Shown: positions 29,348-40,314, numbered from the stretch's first letter. The stretch is DNA of 64,000 bases from a virus (IMGVR_UViG_3300037047_000246); one strand, 5' to 3'. Notes: generated from the letters alone by a model not told the origin. Numbers and translations: made by a program.

Positions 29348-32300
29348 ATGCCGAGCACGGAGAAGAAGCAGCAAAGCGAGCTAGTCAGCGTAGTTGACAG
29401 CTTTCTGGATGAAAAGAACGTCGGCAAAGATGGCGAAGGCATTGAGTTCCTTACCATCATCGAGTTCATAGACAGGTTCAAGCTTCTGCCGAACGGGCTT
29501 TTTCCCGTGCAGAAGTTCATTCTGAAGCTGTACTACAACATCCCGCTGGACGATAAAGACAAAGTCATAAAGATCACTGACAGATTCAACACCAGAGTCA
29601 TTCATGAGATGACAGAGGTGCAGTATCTGAAGTATTTGTATGATCAGGGCAGATGCAACATAGCAGCGCAGGACGGCAACGTACGGCATGAGCTCGTGCT
29701 GGTGCTTGGACGAAGAAGTGGCAAATGCGGAGATATAGAGTCTCGCGTTGTCACCACATCCGGACTCAGAACTCTTGATGAGCTTTTGCGCGATAGCGGA
29801 GCAGATCGGACTAAGACCGGCTGGCATAAGCTGCAGGTCGGGATAGTACAACAGGGCGGTAGGATGGCCGTAACTGACGCTATCTATTACGGCGGCAGAC
29901 AAGCTGTGCGGCGCATTTCTACGTATTGCGGGTACGGGCATGCGATTACGCCAGAGCACCGGCTGAAAGTGATGGAGGACTCCGGGAACATTGTTTGGAA
30001 ATATGGACACGAGCTGCGCGAGGGAGATTTTGTTGGCGTCAATAGGTCATGCCAACTATGGCCCGATTCTTATGTGGACATCTCTGGTTTTGTTCCCAAG
30101 TACACTCGGGTAGCCGACATCAATCGTAAGTCGCACATCAGAACGGGGCGCGTTGTTCGTCCAAGGTCCAGCTGGGGCATTCGTTTGGACGAGTCTTTGG
30201 GCGAGTTCCTTGGCATACTTACTGGCGACGGAACGTGGTCGTGCGGCAAATACAAAGGCTTGATCGCAGTCACAGGAGGCTGTGAGCAGTTTAGGCCTCA
30301 TGTTGAGGGACTGTTCTCCAAATTTTTGGGGGGTTTTCATCTCAAGCGCATCAAAAAAGACAAAACCACCTGCGAAGTCAGTCCGTGGACTGTTTACTTC
30401 GGAAGTGTCAAAGACCGAGCGTTTCTTGACTCCATTGGCTTCAGGTTGTCGGTCACCAAAGCGACGAAATCGGTGCCGTGGCCGGTATTTCAATCGCCAA
30501 AGAGCGTGGTTGCCGCTTACTTGCGGGGCTTGTTTGAAACTGATGGCGGAATAGAAAAAGGCACGTCGATCACGATGTGCTCACATTCCAAGCAGCTGTG
30601 CCGAGACGTCCAAGATTTGCTGCTGAATTTCGGAATCGTGTGTCGAGTCAAACCGAAATATAACAAAAAGTTCAAGTCCACCAATTACGTCTTGAATCTT
30701 CTTGGGAGTATTTCCAAGAAGATATTCGCTACGGACATAGGGTTCATTACCCCGCGCAAAAACGCTGCGTTGGCAAGGTCTTTAGTGAACGCTTCATCTG
30801 GATGCTCAGACACCGAGTCGGTGCCGCATCTGCGCGGCAAGCTCAGGCAGCTTCGAGATAGTATCCCCAAATCCACAAACAACATGCCTGGTCGATGTTT
30901 TCGACCGCGTTCTGAGATCAAGGAGCTCATGGGGGACGCGGCGAAGCCGGGAAGCGCGGAAGCGCTGTCATACAGCCGGTTGCAACATATTCTGGATTTT
31001 TCTGCCAAGTGGGGCGCATCTCTGGAGTTGCGACGCGAACTGCAAGACGTCGTGGATTCCAATTACTTCTGGGACCCCATTGTGTCGGTGCAGGACGACG
31101 AAGTCGAGGTGGCCGATCTTAGTGTGCCCGACGGCGAGTCGTATGTCGCCGCCGGCATGACCAACCATAACAGCACAATATCAGCAATAGTCGCCTCGTA
31201 CGAGCTGTATAAGCTGCTGCGTCGTCGAAACCCGCAGCTGCACTACGGCATTCCGGCCAACAGCGAAATTCGCGTGCTGTGCATAGCCAACGACAAGGAG
31301 CAGGCATCGATCGTGTTCGGTGACATGTCTGGATATGTCGACAACGTCGATTATTTCAAGACTTCGCGCACCAATCAGACCCAGACGTTCATGCGGTTCC
31401 AGACGGATAACGACAGGCAGCGGTACGGGACCAGCAAAGGCGCCAGATCCACAATCACGGCCACGTTCAAGAGCTCCATCGCGAAGGGCCTCCGCGGCCG
31501 CGGCATTATTTGCTACATATTGGACGAAGTTGCCTTCTTCGTTGATAACGGTAAATGTGAACGGCTGTTCAGTATAGTCCAGACTGATTCTGGTCCGGTT
31601 AGCTTGGAGCAGATTCTCGCCGAGAACGATATCGACAAATCCCGGATTGGCTGGACTGACATTCGCCCATTTGAGGTAGCGCAAGAATGCGGTCGCAGGG
31701 CCTGGGCTACGCGCATTTACTACGGCGGGATACAGAAGACTCGCTACATCACCACTAAGAGTCGTTACTCTATCGAGCCCACTCCAGAACATCGTCTGAA
31801 GGTGATGTCCCTGAATGGGAACATTGAGTGGAAGTACGTCCGGGATATTGCTCCTGGTGATTTTGTCGGTATCAATCGTGAGACCAGGTTATGGCCATTA
31901 CAGGAGTTCGATTGTTCTCGCGAGTCGATCGGAATAGCTCCTACGCGCCTCCATAGGGTCCCGTTTCCCTCGTTCATAGACCCCGGTTTTGGCGAGTTCC
32001 TAGGCATTCTGGTGGGCGGTGGAACTTGGAGTGCTGGGAAAGACAAGTCATTGGTCCAGGTAACTGGAGGGTGCGAACAGTTTCTCCCGCATGTTGAATC
32101 TCATTTTCTCAGATACGTCGGTGGCTGCTCCGTTAGGCGGAAGACGGCACATGAGCACAGCACTTGTGAAGTTTCTACTTGGTCAGCAGTAAAGCACTCT
32201 CTCCCGTTTCGGACTTTCCTCGATCGCTTAGGCTACAGACTAGACGCGAAGAAATCGACTAAATCCGTCCCGTGGGTAATTTTTAAGAGTTCAAAGCCAG

Positions 32301-34129
32301 TCGTAGCCGCATTCTTGCGCGGTCTGTTTGAGACTGGTGGCAGGCTAGAGCATGGGGGAAGCGCTATTTCGTTTGCGACTGCCAGCAGTAAGCTGGCCAC
32401 GGAAGTCCAGCTTCTTCTTTTGAACTTTGGCATTACCTCGAGCGTACACGTCAAAACCAACAAGAATTATCCTGGTCGGAACTATTACTGCTTGCGTGTC
32501 ATCGGTCATGAATCCCGCAAGATCTTTGCCCGAGAGATTCGTTTCATTACCGAACGCAAGAACACTGACCTGGACCATGGGGCGGGATCGGGTCGTGATG
32601 CTTCCAATGTCATCCCGAATCAGTATGCGCGGCTTCGACGAATTCTCGAGTCTGTGCCGCATGGCTCGACTCAGAAGAAAGGCGATGGCCCCAGGATTCG
32701 CATAACCAAGCTGATTTCCAGCTCTGCTGATCCTGAACGACGAAGCGCCATTTCGTACGATTCGGCCAGGCGTCTGGTTAGTCTTGGACGTGAGCTTGGT
32801 GCAGATGTCGTCGCACTCGACGAACTGGACGCCATCTGTCGGGCTAATTACTTCTGGGACTCAGTAGTTTCGGTCAAGGAGAGCGAGGGTGAAGTAGCGG
32901 ATTTGTTAGTGCCGAATGGGCATGAATACGTCGCGCAGGGCATGACGAATCATAACTCGTCAGCAGATCAGGTTTATCGCGCTGTCAATCCGTCTATCGC
33001 CCAGTTCTCCCCCAAGGACCCGAAGAACAAGCATAGGGCCACCGGCCCATCAGATGGCCGCGCCATCATGATTTCGTCTCCAGATGCAAGAGACGGGTTT
33101 TTCTACCATCAGTACCAGCTAGCGCTCAGCGGCGGAGTTGCTGCCAAAAACATGCTGATGTTGCAGGCGCCAACTTGGGAAGTCAATCCGACGCTTGACA
33201 AGAGCTACTACGAAGTCGAGTTCAACAAAGATCCTCGGTCGTTCATGACCGAGCATGGCGCCGAGTTTTCTGACCGCGTGCGAGGCTGGATCGAAGACTC
33301 CAGGGACTTGATCGAATGCGTGCGCCCTGGGCTCAGGCCTCTGGTGCGAGGAGCGCCAAGGGAGCTGTTTTGGGCTGGTGTGGACTTCGGGATTGTGCGC
33401 GACGGCACCGCCATTGCTTTGATACACTTTGTCAACGGCAGACTGGAGCTGGCATATCATGAAGTGTGGTATGCCGGCAAGAGTTGGAAGACTGCTAATC
33501 CGCATTTGTCTGTGCCGCCTACGGAGTACGCCAAGAACTTGGAAGGCGTATCTCGCCTCGATGTGGCAGAGATCGCTGAGTGGTTCCGCATTCTGTCGTC
33601 AAGGTTCTACATAGACAAAGGGGTGTTCGATCAGTGGGCAGGGCCGATCTTTGAGCAGGAGCTGCACAAGCGAGGTCTTAAGCAGTTTGAAATGAGAAAT
33701 TTTTCTGTGACAGACTCGTCGCATGCGTACCACATAGCCAAAATGTGCATGTTTGGACGACAACTGAGCTTGTATGACTACCCTCTGCCGCAGCAGATGG
33801 AGTCAGATTCAACAATGATGAAGCACTCCCCGCTCATATCTGAAATGCTGGAGCTTCAGGCTACGTCAGGTGGCAAAAACATAACTGTAGTGGAAGCTCC
33901 CAAAGTTGCAGGCAAACATGATGACCAGTCCGACGCCTTGGTCCGCGGTGTTCTGCTGGCTGCAGAGTATATCAAAGCCCATCCTGGCGTTTTGGAAATA
34001 AGCGCCAACCACATCACGTCGCCTGTTCAGCAGGTTGCTGCCCCATCCAGTTACCACAGGTACCACAGCATGCGAGCTCGCATGCACGGCGGTCCGGACA
34101 AGCACAGGACGGTCACTGCTCGAAGATAG
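29348..34129 (+). CDS. terL: Terminase large subunit with two inteins (mature protein about 644 aa)
   Basis: Walker A LGRRSGK|S; Walker B ILDEVAFF; MISSP; nuclease AGVDFG and HDDQSDA. Confidence 0.92.
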   Translation: MPSTEKKQQSELVSVVDSFLDEKNVGKDGEGIEFLTIIEFIDRFKLLPNGLFPVQKFILKLYYNIPLDDKDKVIKITDRFNTRVIHEMTEVQYLKYLYDQGRCNIAAQDGNVRHELVLVLGRRSGKCGDIESRVVTTSGLRTLDELLRDSGADRTKTGWHKLQVGIVQQGGRMAVTDAIYYGGRQAVRRISTYCGYGHAITPEHRLKVMEDSGNIVWKYGHELREGDFVGVNRSCQLWPDSYVDISGFVPKYTRVADINRKSHIRTGRVVRPRSSWGIRLDESLGEFLGILTGDGTWSCGKYKGLIAVTGGCEQFRPHVEGLFSKFLGGFHLKRIKKDKTTCEVSPWTVYFGSVKDRAFLDSIGFRLSVTKATKSVPWPVFQSPKSVVAAYLRGLFETDGGIEKGTSITMCSHSKQLCRDVQDLLLNFGIVCRVKPKYNKKFKSTNYVLNLLGSISKKIFATDIGFITPRKNAALARSLVNASSGCSDTESVPHLRGKLRQLRDSIPKSTNNMPGRCFRPRSEIKELMGDAAKPGSAEALSYSRLQHILDFSAKWGASLELRRELQDVVDSNYFWDPIVSVQDDEVEVADLSVPDGESYVAAGMTNHNSTISAIVASYELYKLLRRRNPQLHYGIPANSEIRVLCIANDKEQASIVFGDMSGYVDNVDYFKTSRTNQTQTFMRFQTDNDRQRYGTSKGARSTITATFKSSIAKGLRGRGIICYILDEVAFFVDNGKCERLFSIVQTDSGPVSLEQILAENDIDKSRIGWTDIRPFEVAQECGRRAWATRIYYGGIQKTRYITTKSRYSIEPTPEHRLKVMSLNGNIEWKYVRDIAPGDFVGINRETRLWPLQEFDCSRESIGIAPTRLHRVPFPSFIDPGFGEFLGILVGGGTWSAGKDKSLVQVTGGCEQFLPHVESHFLRYVGGCSVRRKTAHEHSTCEVSTWSAVKHSLPFRTFLDRLGYRLDAKKSTKSVPWVIFKSSKPVVAAFLRGLFETGGRLEHGGSAISFATASSKLATEVQLLLLNFGITSSVHVKTNKNYPGRNYYCLRVIGHESRKIFAREIRFITERKNTDLDHGAGSGRDASNVIPNQYARLRRILESVPHGSTQKKGDGPRIRITKLISSSADPERRSAISYDSARRLVSLGRELGADVVALDELDAICRANYFWDSVVSVKESEGEVADLLVPNGHEYVAQGMTNHNSSADQVYRAVNPSIAQFSPKDPKNKHRATGPSDGRAIMISSPDARDGFFYHQYQLALSGGVAAKNMLMLQAPTWEVNPTLDKSYYEVEFNKDPRSFMTEHGAEFSDRVRGWIEDSRDLIECVRPGLRPLVRGAPRELFWAGVDFGIVRDGTAIALIHFVNGRLELAYHEVWYAGKSWKTANPHLSVPPTEYAKNLEGVSRLDVAEIAEWFRILSSRFYIDKGVFDQWAGPIFEQELHKRGLKQFEMRNFSVTDSSHAYHIAKMCMFGRQLSLYDYPLPQQMESDSTMMKHSPLISEMLELQATSGGKNITVVEAPKVAGKHDDQSDALVRGVLLAAEYIKAHPGVLEISANHITSPVQQVAAPSSYHRYHSMRARMHGGPDKHRTVTARR
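29726..31171 (+). mobile_element. Intein TerL-1 (482 aa) with LAGLIDADG homing endonuclease
   Basis: Starts C(GDIESR), ends HN|S; motifs GILTGDG and GLFETDG; inserted in Walker A. Confidence 0.92.
31556..32956 (+). mobile_element. Intein TerL-2 (467 aa), paralog of TerL-1 with degenerate LAGLIDADG motifs
   Basis: Starts C(ERLFS), ends HN|S; motifs GILVGGG and GLFETGG lack the acidic residues. Confidence 0.9.
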
Positions 34130-34152
34130 CCCTGTTATCGAGCACACACCGC

Positions 34153-34410
34153 GTGAATGCTGGAATACGAGACACCGCTGCCTGGCAAATAATCGAACAG
34201 CTGCTTGAGCACGTGTGGGGTAAGGACGATATGACAGACAGTCAAATACTGTCTGTCAGCCTCATGTTCCACAAAGCCGGAGGCTCATGGAAGCGTCTTA
34301 TGGAAGGCGAAAGAGACCAGATAGGCATTTTGGAGGAATGTGTGGGAAATGTGCTGCAAGCAGAAAAGCTTGAGAGGATAGCGGCTTCGGTGTCTGGCAA
34401 GCTGGGGTAA
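34153..34410 (+). CDS. Hypothetical protein
   Basis: 85-aa ORF between terL and portal. Confidence 0.55.
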   Translation: MNAGIRDTAAWQIIEQLLEHVWGKDDMTDSQILSVSLMFHKAGGSWKRLMEGERDQIGILEECVGNVLQAEKLERIAASVSGKLG

Positions 34411-34415
34411 CGTTC

Positions 34416-34760
34416 TTGATGTCAGCCTCCAAGCCGATTTCTGCCAAAAAAGACTTCGACCGAGTTCCGGTCGACAACATCTTCGATAAGTACTTAGCCA
34501 TATCGAAGAAGCTGTCTGACGTGTCTGTGGCCATCGGTCAAGTTGTTGAAGAGATAATTTCACTGGACCGAGAGATACGTCAGTGCGATCCCGCCAACAA
34601 GCTCATGATGTCGCAGAAGCTCCGAATGAAGGTATTGATTGGAGCTATCTTTCCAGTCCGTCAACACATCGACAGGCTCACGACCAGAATGAACGCTTGT
34701 GCGGCTTTCCGGGAAGCTGTTGTGACAGACGCGTCGCGTGCTGATCCTGCTTTTGAATGA
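34416..34760 (+). CDS. Hypothetical coiled-coil protein
   Basis: 114-aa ORF overlapping the portal start. Confidence 0.55.
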   Translation: MMSASKPISAKKDFDRVPVDNIFDKYLAISKKLSDVSVAIGQVVEEIISLDREIRQCDPANKLMMSQKLRMKVLIGAIFPVRQHIDRLTTRMNACAAFREAVVTDASRADPAFE

Positions 34761-37651
34761 GTAAGACAATGGGCAAAAAAGTTGGCGTGCGGCCTGGTGG
34801 TGCAGTCGGCAAGTCTGTCGCTCGTGTCGACAGTCAGCAGGCAATGAAAAAGCCGCTGACCAAACTTGAACGCCAAGCTCGCAGAGAGGCCAAAAGTCAG
34901 TCAATAAGGGTAGCGGCGTACTACGGCGACATGGGTAACTCAAGTTCCATGGCCATCGGACACGCCGAACAGAATTTTTACAGCCCTCAGCTGTCTTCAG
35001 ATTTCTTGGAGCTGCCTCAGGCAGAGCGAGAAAAGAGAGAGCTGTTCAGGTTCTGGTATACTTCGCATCCAATAGTCGGCGCGTCCATCGACTTCCACTG
35101 CTTTCCGCCCGGGGCCCCGGTAATGATGAAAGACGCCACGGTCAGTCCCGTGGAATCTCTGAAAGTTGGTGATGAGGTCGTCAACGGGTTCGGGGAACCA
35201 ACTAAGGTTGTTCAGACTTTCAAACACCATGTATGCGGGCCTATCACTAGGTTCAAAGTGCGCGGCGTGCAATCGCATATCGATTGCACCGAAAACCACC
35301 CGTTCCTTGTCTATCGCTCTTCCCAGATAGACTGCAAACACAGGAAATGCGCCAGTTCTGACCCTGGAAAGCCACGATTTGTGTTTGCAAGAGATCTGCA
35401 GGTGGGCGACTATATCTGTTCACCTTCTCTGGTCAGTGCCAAGCCTGCGTTCAATAAGCGTCAGTTGCGCTTGCTTGGGTACTATGCGGCTGAAGGGTCG
35501 ATATCATACACGAAGTATCTCAAACTTGATAGAGTTGTGTTCACACTCGGTGCTAGCGAGTTCAATACCATTGCCGATGAAATCGCTGAAGCGTTCAGCG
35601 CCGAGTATGCGCACCCGGCGCGAAAACGTGTTAGGAAAGATTCCAGCGCATGCGAGGTCAGGTGCTACAAGAAAGACTTCGCCGAGTTTTGTCACAAGCA
35701 CGTGGGAAGCGGCTCCCACAACAAACAACTTAGTCTAGACATAATAGACTCCCCCAGGGAAGATATACTTGAATTTTTGGGCGCATATTGGAATGGTGAC
35801 GGGAGCCTCACGAAGAACGGGTACGTCGCCACCACGATATCCAAACAGTTGGCTCATCAAATATTCGCTTTGGCTCTAAAAGTTGGGTGGGCGCCCACAT
35901 TGCACGTGGTGAAGCCAAAACGCCGCGCTAGCGGTTTTAAGCCTAAGGGGGACGTATATAGGGTCATCGTCCCGTACCGTGTGCACTCCGAATTTGCCAA
36001 GTACGCCAACTTTGTGCAAGACGGGTACACCGCCAAGTCCACTCGCGAGTATCAGGTCCGAGTTGACTCCAGCGTGCTAAGGCGGGTCGAAGAAGTCGAG
36101 ACTGTTCAATATGATGGTTTTGTTTACAATATCGAAGTTGATGGCGAAGGAGACCGCAAAAGTTACGTCGCATATGGGTTGGCTACCCACAACACCGATG
36201 TGCCTATGTCCAAGATTCGTCTTGCGGCTCCGAAGGGCAAGGACATAAAGCGCAACAAGCAGATTTTGCACTTCTACGAAAACATGTGCAGGCGTTTGCG
36301 CCTATTCCAAACGCTTTACGACGTGACGCATGAATACTGGCTTCACGGCAACGTGTTCATATTTTGCGAAGATCACGACCTGTCCGACGAGCTGCCAGAA
36401 GAGCTCATGGGAAACGGGTCCGGCGAGGATATGGACGCAGTGGGCGAGATTACTGCAGACGGCGTAGCTGTGCTGAAGCAGGAGCCCAGCGAAGCCCAAG
36501 ACAAGTCCAAGCTGATTCAAAAGTTCGTGCAGGACAAATATGAGGGATGGCACCGTCTGCAAATTTTGCCGCCCGAACAAGTGAAGCTGGAAATCTTCCA
36601 GTACACCAATCGCGTGCAGATGGAGCTGGTACCTAGCGAGAAAGATCGCCTGGCTGTCACTAAAGCTCAAGAGCAAAACGATCCGGAAGCAAAAAGAATC
36701 GCTGACGACATTCCTGATCAAATCAAGGACAACTTGCTAAGCGGCCAGCCGATTCCGCTCAACGCGAGCCCGTACGACGATTTCCTGTGCTCGTCGTTCT
36801 GTTACCATCTGGCGCACAAGCGCTCGCCTTACGACGACCGCGGCGTCTCCATCCTGGAAAGGTGCCTCAGGTCGCTGCTGTATCAGGATAAGCTTCGCCA
36901 GGCCCAGACCTCCATCGCTTCTCGCGCGATGACGCCCAAGCGCATCATTTGGGGCGACAAAATGTCGCAACCCGATGTTGATGACCTCAGAGACCAAATA
37001 GATCAGGCACTAATCGACCCTGACTTCACCATCATCACCAACTTTGAGGTTCATTGGGACGAGATTGGGGCTAGAGACAGGCTGTTGGATCTCAATACGG
37101 AGTATGAGATCACCAACAAGATGCTGTTCATTGGCTTGCGCATCACCGAATCGATGCTGACTGGCGAGTCCACTTACTCGGGCGAGCGCATCCATCTGGA
37201 TGTCATGAACACCATGTACCTGCTCTACCGAGAGACGCTCACCGAATTTGTGGAGCAGCAGCTGTTTGCTCCAGTGGCGGAGAAAAAGGGCTTCTGGGAG
37301 GAAGACGAGTTCGGCAACAGGCAGCTTTTGTATCCTAGGCTCCAGTTCACTCGTTTGGCCCTGCGCGACAACACAGAGATGCAGGACTTCATGTTCAATC
37401 TGTATGGGAAGGGGTCCATGCCGATTGACTACATTTACGATTTGTTGAACATCGATTCTGAAAACGCGCACGAGCTGCTCAAGAGAGATATGTTCGGTCC
37501 GAAGGACGCGACGTTCAACGAGGTATTGAGGTCCATGTACCCGAAGATAGGCGAGAAACTTGCTGAAGACAGCAACGCTACAGGCAAGGTGGCTGGCAAC
37601 ATCGGGCTGACTGTCTCCGACAAGGAGGGAGACAGGTTCGGCAAAGAGTAG
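34757..37651 (+). CDS. Portal protein with one intein (mature protein about 599 aa)
   Basis: Position after terL; HPIVGASIDFH|TDVP; YWLHGNVF; RGVSILERCL; helical HK97-type portal pattern. Confidence 0.8.
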   Translation: MSKTMGKKVGVRPGGAVGKSVARVDSQQAMKKPLTKLERQARREAKSQSIRVAAYYGDMGNSSSMAIGHAEQNFYSPQLSSDFLELPQAEREKRELFRFWYTSHPIVGASIDFHCFPPGAPVMMKDATVSPVESLKVGDEVVNGFGEPTKVVQTFKHHVCGPITRFKVRGVQSHIDCTENHPFLVYRSSQIDCKHRKCASSDPGKPRFVFARDLQVGDYICSPSLVSAKPAFNKRQLRLLGYYAAEGSISYTKYLKLDRVVFTLGASEFNTIADEIAEAFSAEYAHPARKRVRKDSSACEVRCYKKDFAEFCHKHVGSGSHNKQLSLDIIDSPREDILEFLGAYWNGDGSLTKNGYVATTISKQLAHQIFALALKVGWAPTLHVVKPKRRASGFKPKGDVYRVIVPYRVHSEFAKYANFVQDGYTAKSTREYQVRVDSSVLRRVEEVETVQYDGFVYNIEVDGEGDRKSYVAYGLATHNTDVPMSKIRLAAPKGKDIKRNKQILHFYENMCRRLRLFQTLYDVTHEYWLHGNVFIFCEDHDLSDELPEELMGNGSGEDMDAVGEITADGVAVLKQEPSEAQDKSKLIQKFVQDKYEGWHRLQILPPEQVKLEIFQYTNRVQMELVPSEKDRLAVTKAQEQNDPEAKRIADDIPDQIKDNLLSGQPIPLNASPYDDFLCSSFCYHLAHKRSPYDDRGVSILERCLRSLLYQDKLRQAQTSIASRAMTPKRIIWGDKMSQPDVDDLRDQIDQALIDPDFTIITNFEVHWDEIGARDRLLDLNTEYEITNKMLFIGLRITESMLTGESTYSGERIHLDVMNTMYLLYRETLTEFVEQQLFAPVAEKKGFWEEDEFGNRQLLYPRLQFTRLALRDNTEMQDFMFNLYGKGSMPIDYIYDLLNIDSENAHELLKRDMFGPKDATFNEVLRSMYPKIGEKLAEDSNATGKVAGNIGLTVSDKEGDRFGKE
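35099..36193 (+). mobile_element. Portal intein (365 aa) with LAGLIDADG homing endonuclease
   Basis: Starts CFPPGAPV; CTENHPF; LGYYAAEG; GAYWNGDG; ends VYNIEV...THN|T. Confidence 0.92.
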
Positions 37652-37653
37652 AC

Positions 37654-37674
37654 CCCCGTTGCCGGGGTTTGTTT
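37654..37674 (+). terminator. Putative intrinsic terminator after portal
   Basis: CCCCG-TTGC-CGGGG followed by TTTGTTT. Confidence 0.55.
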
Positions 37675-37737
37675 GCATGCCGGCTCGGTCTTCGCCGTCC
37701 ACCATGGCAGTTCTGCCCTTTTGATGCCTGAGCTGCC

Positions 37738-40314
37738 ATGATGGACGACTACGGACTATTTCTGTTGCGCACTGGCGGCGGCAAGACTGTAAGCGAAAAA
37801 GAGGAAGCCGACACTGAAGAACAGTGCTCCGGTCACAGAGACAGGCCGCACAGCCGCGACAAGGCGGGCGTTGGCGCTCCGAAGCATGACAATAGAAGAA
37901 AGCGCATTATGGACTTCGCAGATCCTGATCTGCAGGAGCCGGCGGAGCGCGACGTGGACTTGTCCAAAAACTACAAATCTGCGGCCAATCCTGCGCTCAA
38001 TCCTGCGCTCAAGTCTCAGCCTGAAGAGTCAGCGGACTTCAAAGGGATGCCAGGATTCGTATCTCGCCCTTTGCAGTCTCTCGCTCGAAGGGTGAACAGC
38101 ATCAGTCCTGCCTTCCAGGAGGAGATGAGCGAACAGCAGCATAAGATTCTTGCGCCCTACAGAAGAGCTGTGGAGCAGTCCAAATCGATGTCCAGGGACG
38201 ACAGGAAAGCCTACGTGACTCGGGCCGCCAGGAAGGTGGCCAACGAGGTGGAGATAGCCGTCAACCATTTCGACAAGGCTTCAACGATGACGTTCGGCAA
38301 CCCCAAGACTGCTGCAGAGGACATCGCCGAAGCTTGGGGCATTGAAGGCAATTTCTTTGCTCGCGCCGGGATAGTCGAGGCGCTCAAGGAAGCTGCCATG
38401 AAGTCCGATCTGCCTGCGTCGGTGAAAGTGCCGGTGATGAGCGGCGCCGGCGGCAGGATAGCTAAGCCCGAAGCCGTAAAGGCTTTGCTCAAGAAAGACG
38501 AAAAGAAAACGCATGCTAGCGAAGACGATGTCAAGCGATTTGTCGCCATAGTGACCGCCCACGGGATTTTGCGCAAAAACCCGAGCATGGTCAAGGCTAA
38601 AGACCTGGTGGATCCAAAGCAGCTCACAAAGATCATGGCTCAAGTCAGCGCTGTGCAAGATTTGAACAAGGTCATGAGCTCTTGGCACGACATGGTGAGT
38701 CGTTTCAAGCCAGGCAACAGCGACATAATCGACGTGTCCAGGGGAGAATGGGACGCAGTGTTGAGCAAGCTCAACAGCTTCATGCGAGGCTCCAAGGCTT
38801 TGCAAGTGGACCCTAGTCAGGTGATGTCTGTTGTGGCTGAAGACTACGCAAAAGTGCACGGCAAAGTCCCGAGCGAGTTGAGAGCTGTGTTGGAAGGGTT
38901 CGGCGTACCTCCTAAAAGTTTCGGCGATTCGGAGAAGTCGAGTCGTGGCGAAAGCAAAGGCGGCGGGGGAGTCGGCCAAGAGCTCGGAATTGATTTCGAA
39001 GAGATGTCTGTGGACGACGCGTTCATGGACAGCGTCACTGCCAAGCTGGAGGCGATTCGCAAAGACGAAAAAAGCAGAGAGGACCGCGCGAAGCCGGTTC
39101 CCAGCCCAGCTAAGGGAGCTCGCGGCTTGGATGCCGACCTGGATCGTGATGACGACAACAAGGACTCTCGGCGCCCAATGGTCCGCGGTTTGAGCACGTC
39201 AACTTCTTATGGGGACTCCAGTCACAGCATGATCAAGACATCGACTTACCACGGAGTTGTCAACCAAGGACACCCGACCGACTCTGCCGGAACGTCGTCA
39301 TACAATTATGACAAGCGTTATTTCGGCAAAGAGCACTATGACTCCATCATAGCTGCAGCCAAAAAACTGCTGGATGAAGACTGGTTGAAGTACGGATGGG
39401 GTGAGTCTAGCGACGTTCCTGTGCGCGCGGCTTTGGACCTCGCCGTTTGCACAGCCGACGGCGGATTGTATCAATCCAGGATTGATGCCAACGTTTACAA
39501 CATGCTTCTCAATCGCTTGGCAGGTTGGGACTATGACATGTTCAGTGAGACTATTCTATCGGGTCAGAAGACCAGAAAGGCCGCGTCCATGGCCACCTCC
39601 CCCGCTCGTGCAATTTTGAAGATCGCCGACGACCTGCGCGCGACTCGGCCTGACATGGCTGTGCAAATCATCAAGAACCTGCACGAGCTGGTGCGCGTAT
39701 CGACTGGTGCTCCTGGCGCGTCGGCTGCGGCTCCGGAGCCTGCCCATGGTCATGGCCAGGGACAGTCCACGGATTTCGAGAAGGGCGTGGCTGAAGAGGA
39801 GCGCAAGCTGATCGAACAGATGGTGAACCAGGTGGCGGATCAGTATGCCAAAGAGGGCAGGGACGTCTCCGATGATCAGAAGAGGAGCATGGTTGAAAAG
39901 ATCAGGTCCATGCTCGAACAAGGTCTGGACCCCAAGACTGGCGACGTGAAGTTTGCCAGTCTGATCGGAGAAGCCAGGGCTCTGCTGGCCTTGGCCCGCA
40001 TCGCCAGCATCATTCCTCGGTACAAGGGTCAGCTTCCTGCGATTCTTGCGGCTGCCAATAAGCTCAAGGACAAGAAGAGCGCCGGCAAGGGCAAGGATGG
40101 CAAGAAGCCTGCCAAGGGCAAGGATGACAAGAAGCCTGCCAAGAAGCCTGCCAAGAAGGAAGACAAAGAAGAGGCGCCCAAGCCTGCGATTCCTTCCAAG
40201 AAGGTAAAGGACAGCAAAGTCAAGGGCAGCGGAAAAAAGGTAGACACATCCTGCAATTCGAAGTCCAAGCGCAAGGCGTCTGTCGTCTTGTCTCTTGATG
40301 ATGTCAACTGGTGA
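37738..40314 (+). CDS. Large hypothetical head-module protein with Lys-rich C-terminus
   Basis: 858-aa ORF with KKPAK repeats. Confidence 0.7.
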   Translation: MMDDYGLFLLRTGGGKTVSEKEEADTEEQCSGHRDRPHSRDKAGVGAPKHDNRRKRIMDFADPDLQEPAERDVDLSKNYKSAANPALNPALKSQPEESADFKGMPGFVSRPLQSLARRVNSISPAFQEEMSEQQHKILAPYRRAVEQSKSMSRDDRKAYVTRAARKVANEVEIAVNHFDKASTMTFGNPKTAAEDIAEAWGIEGNFFARAGIVEALKEAAMKSDLPASVKVPVMSGAGGRIAKPEAVKALLKKDEKKTHASEDDVKRFVAIVTAHGILRKNPSMVKAKDLVDPKQLTKIMAQVSAVQDLNKVMSSWHDMVSRFKPGNSDIIDVSRGEWDAVLSKLNSFMRGSKALQVDPSQVMSVVAEDYAKVHGKVPSELRAVLEGFGVPPKSFGDSEKSSRGESKGGGGVGQELGIDFEEMSVDDAFMDSVTAKLEAIRKDEKSREDRAKPVPSPAKGARGLDADLDRDDDNKDSRRPMVRGLSTSTSYGDSSHSMIKTSTYHGVVNQGHPTDSAGTSSYNYDKRYFGKEHYDSIIAAAKKLLDEDWLKYGWGESSDVPVRAALDLAVCTADGGLYQSRIDANVYNMLLNRLAGWDYDMFSETILSGQKTRKAASMATSPARAILKIADDLRATRPDMAVQIIKNLHELVRVSTGAPGASAAAPEPAHGHGQGQSTDFEKGVAEEERKLIEQMVNQVADQYAKEGRDVSDDQKRSMVEKIRSMLEQGLDPKTGDVKFASLIGEARALLALARIASIIPRYKGQLPAILAAANKLKDKKSAGKGKDGKKPAKGKDDKKPAKKPAKKEDKEEAPKPAIPSKKVKDSKVKGSGKKVDTSCNSKSKRKASVVLSLDDVNW

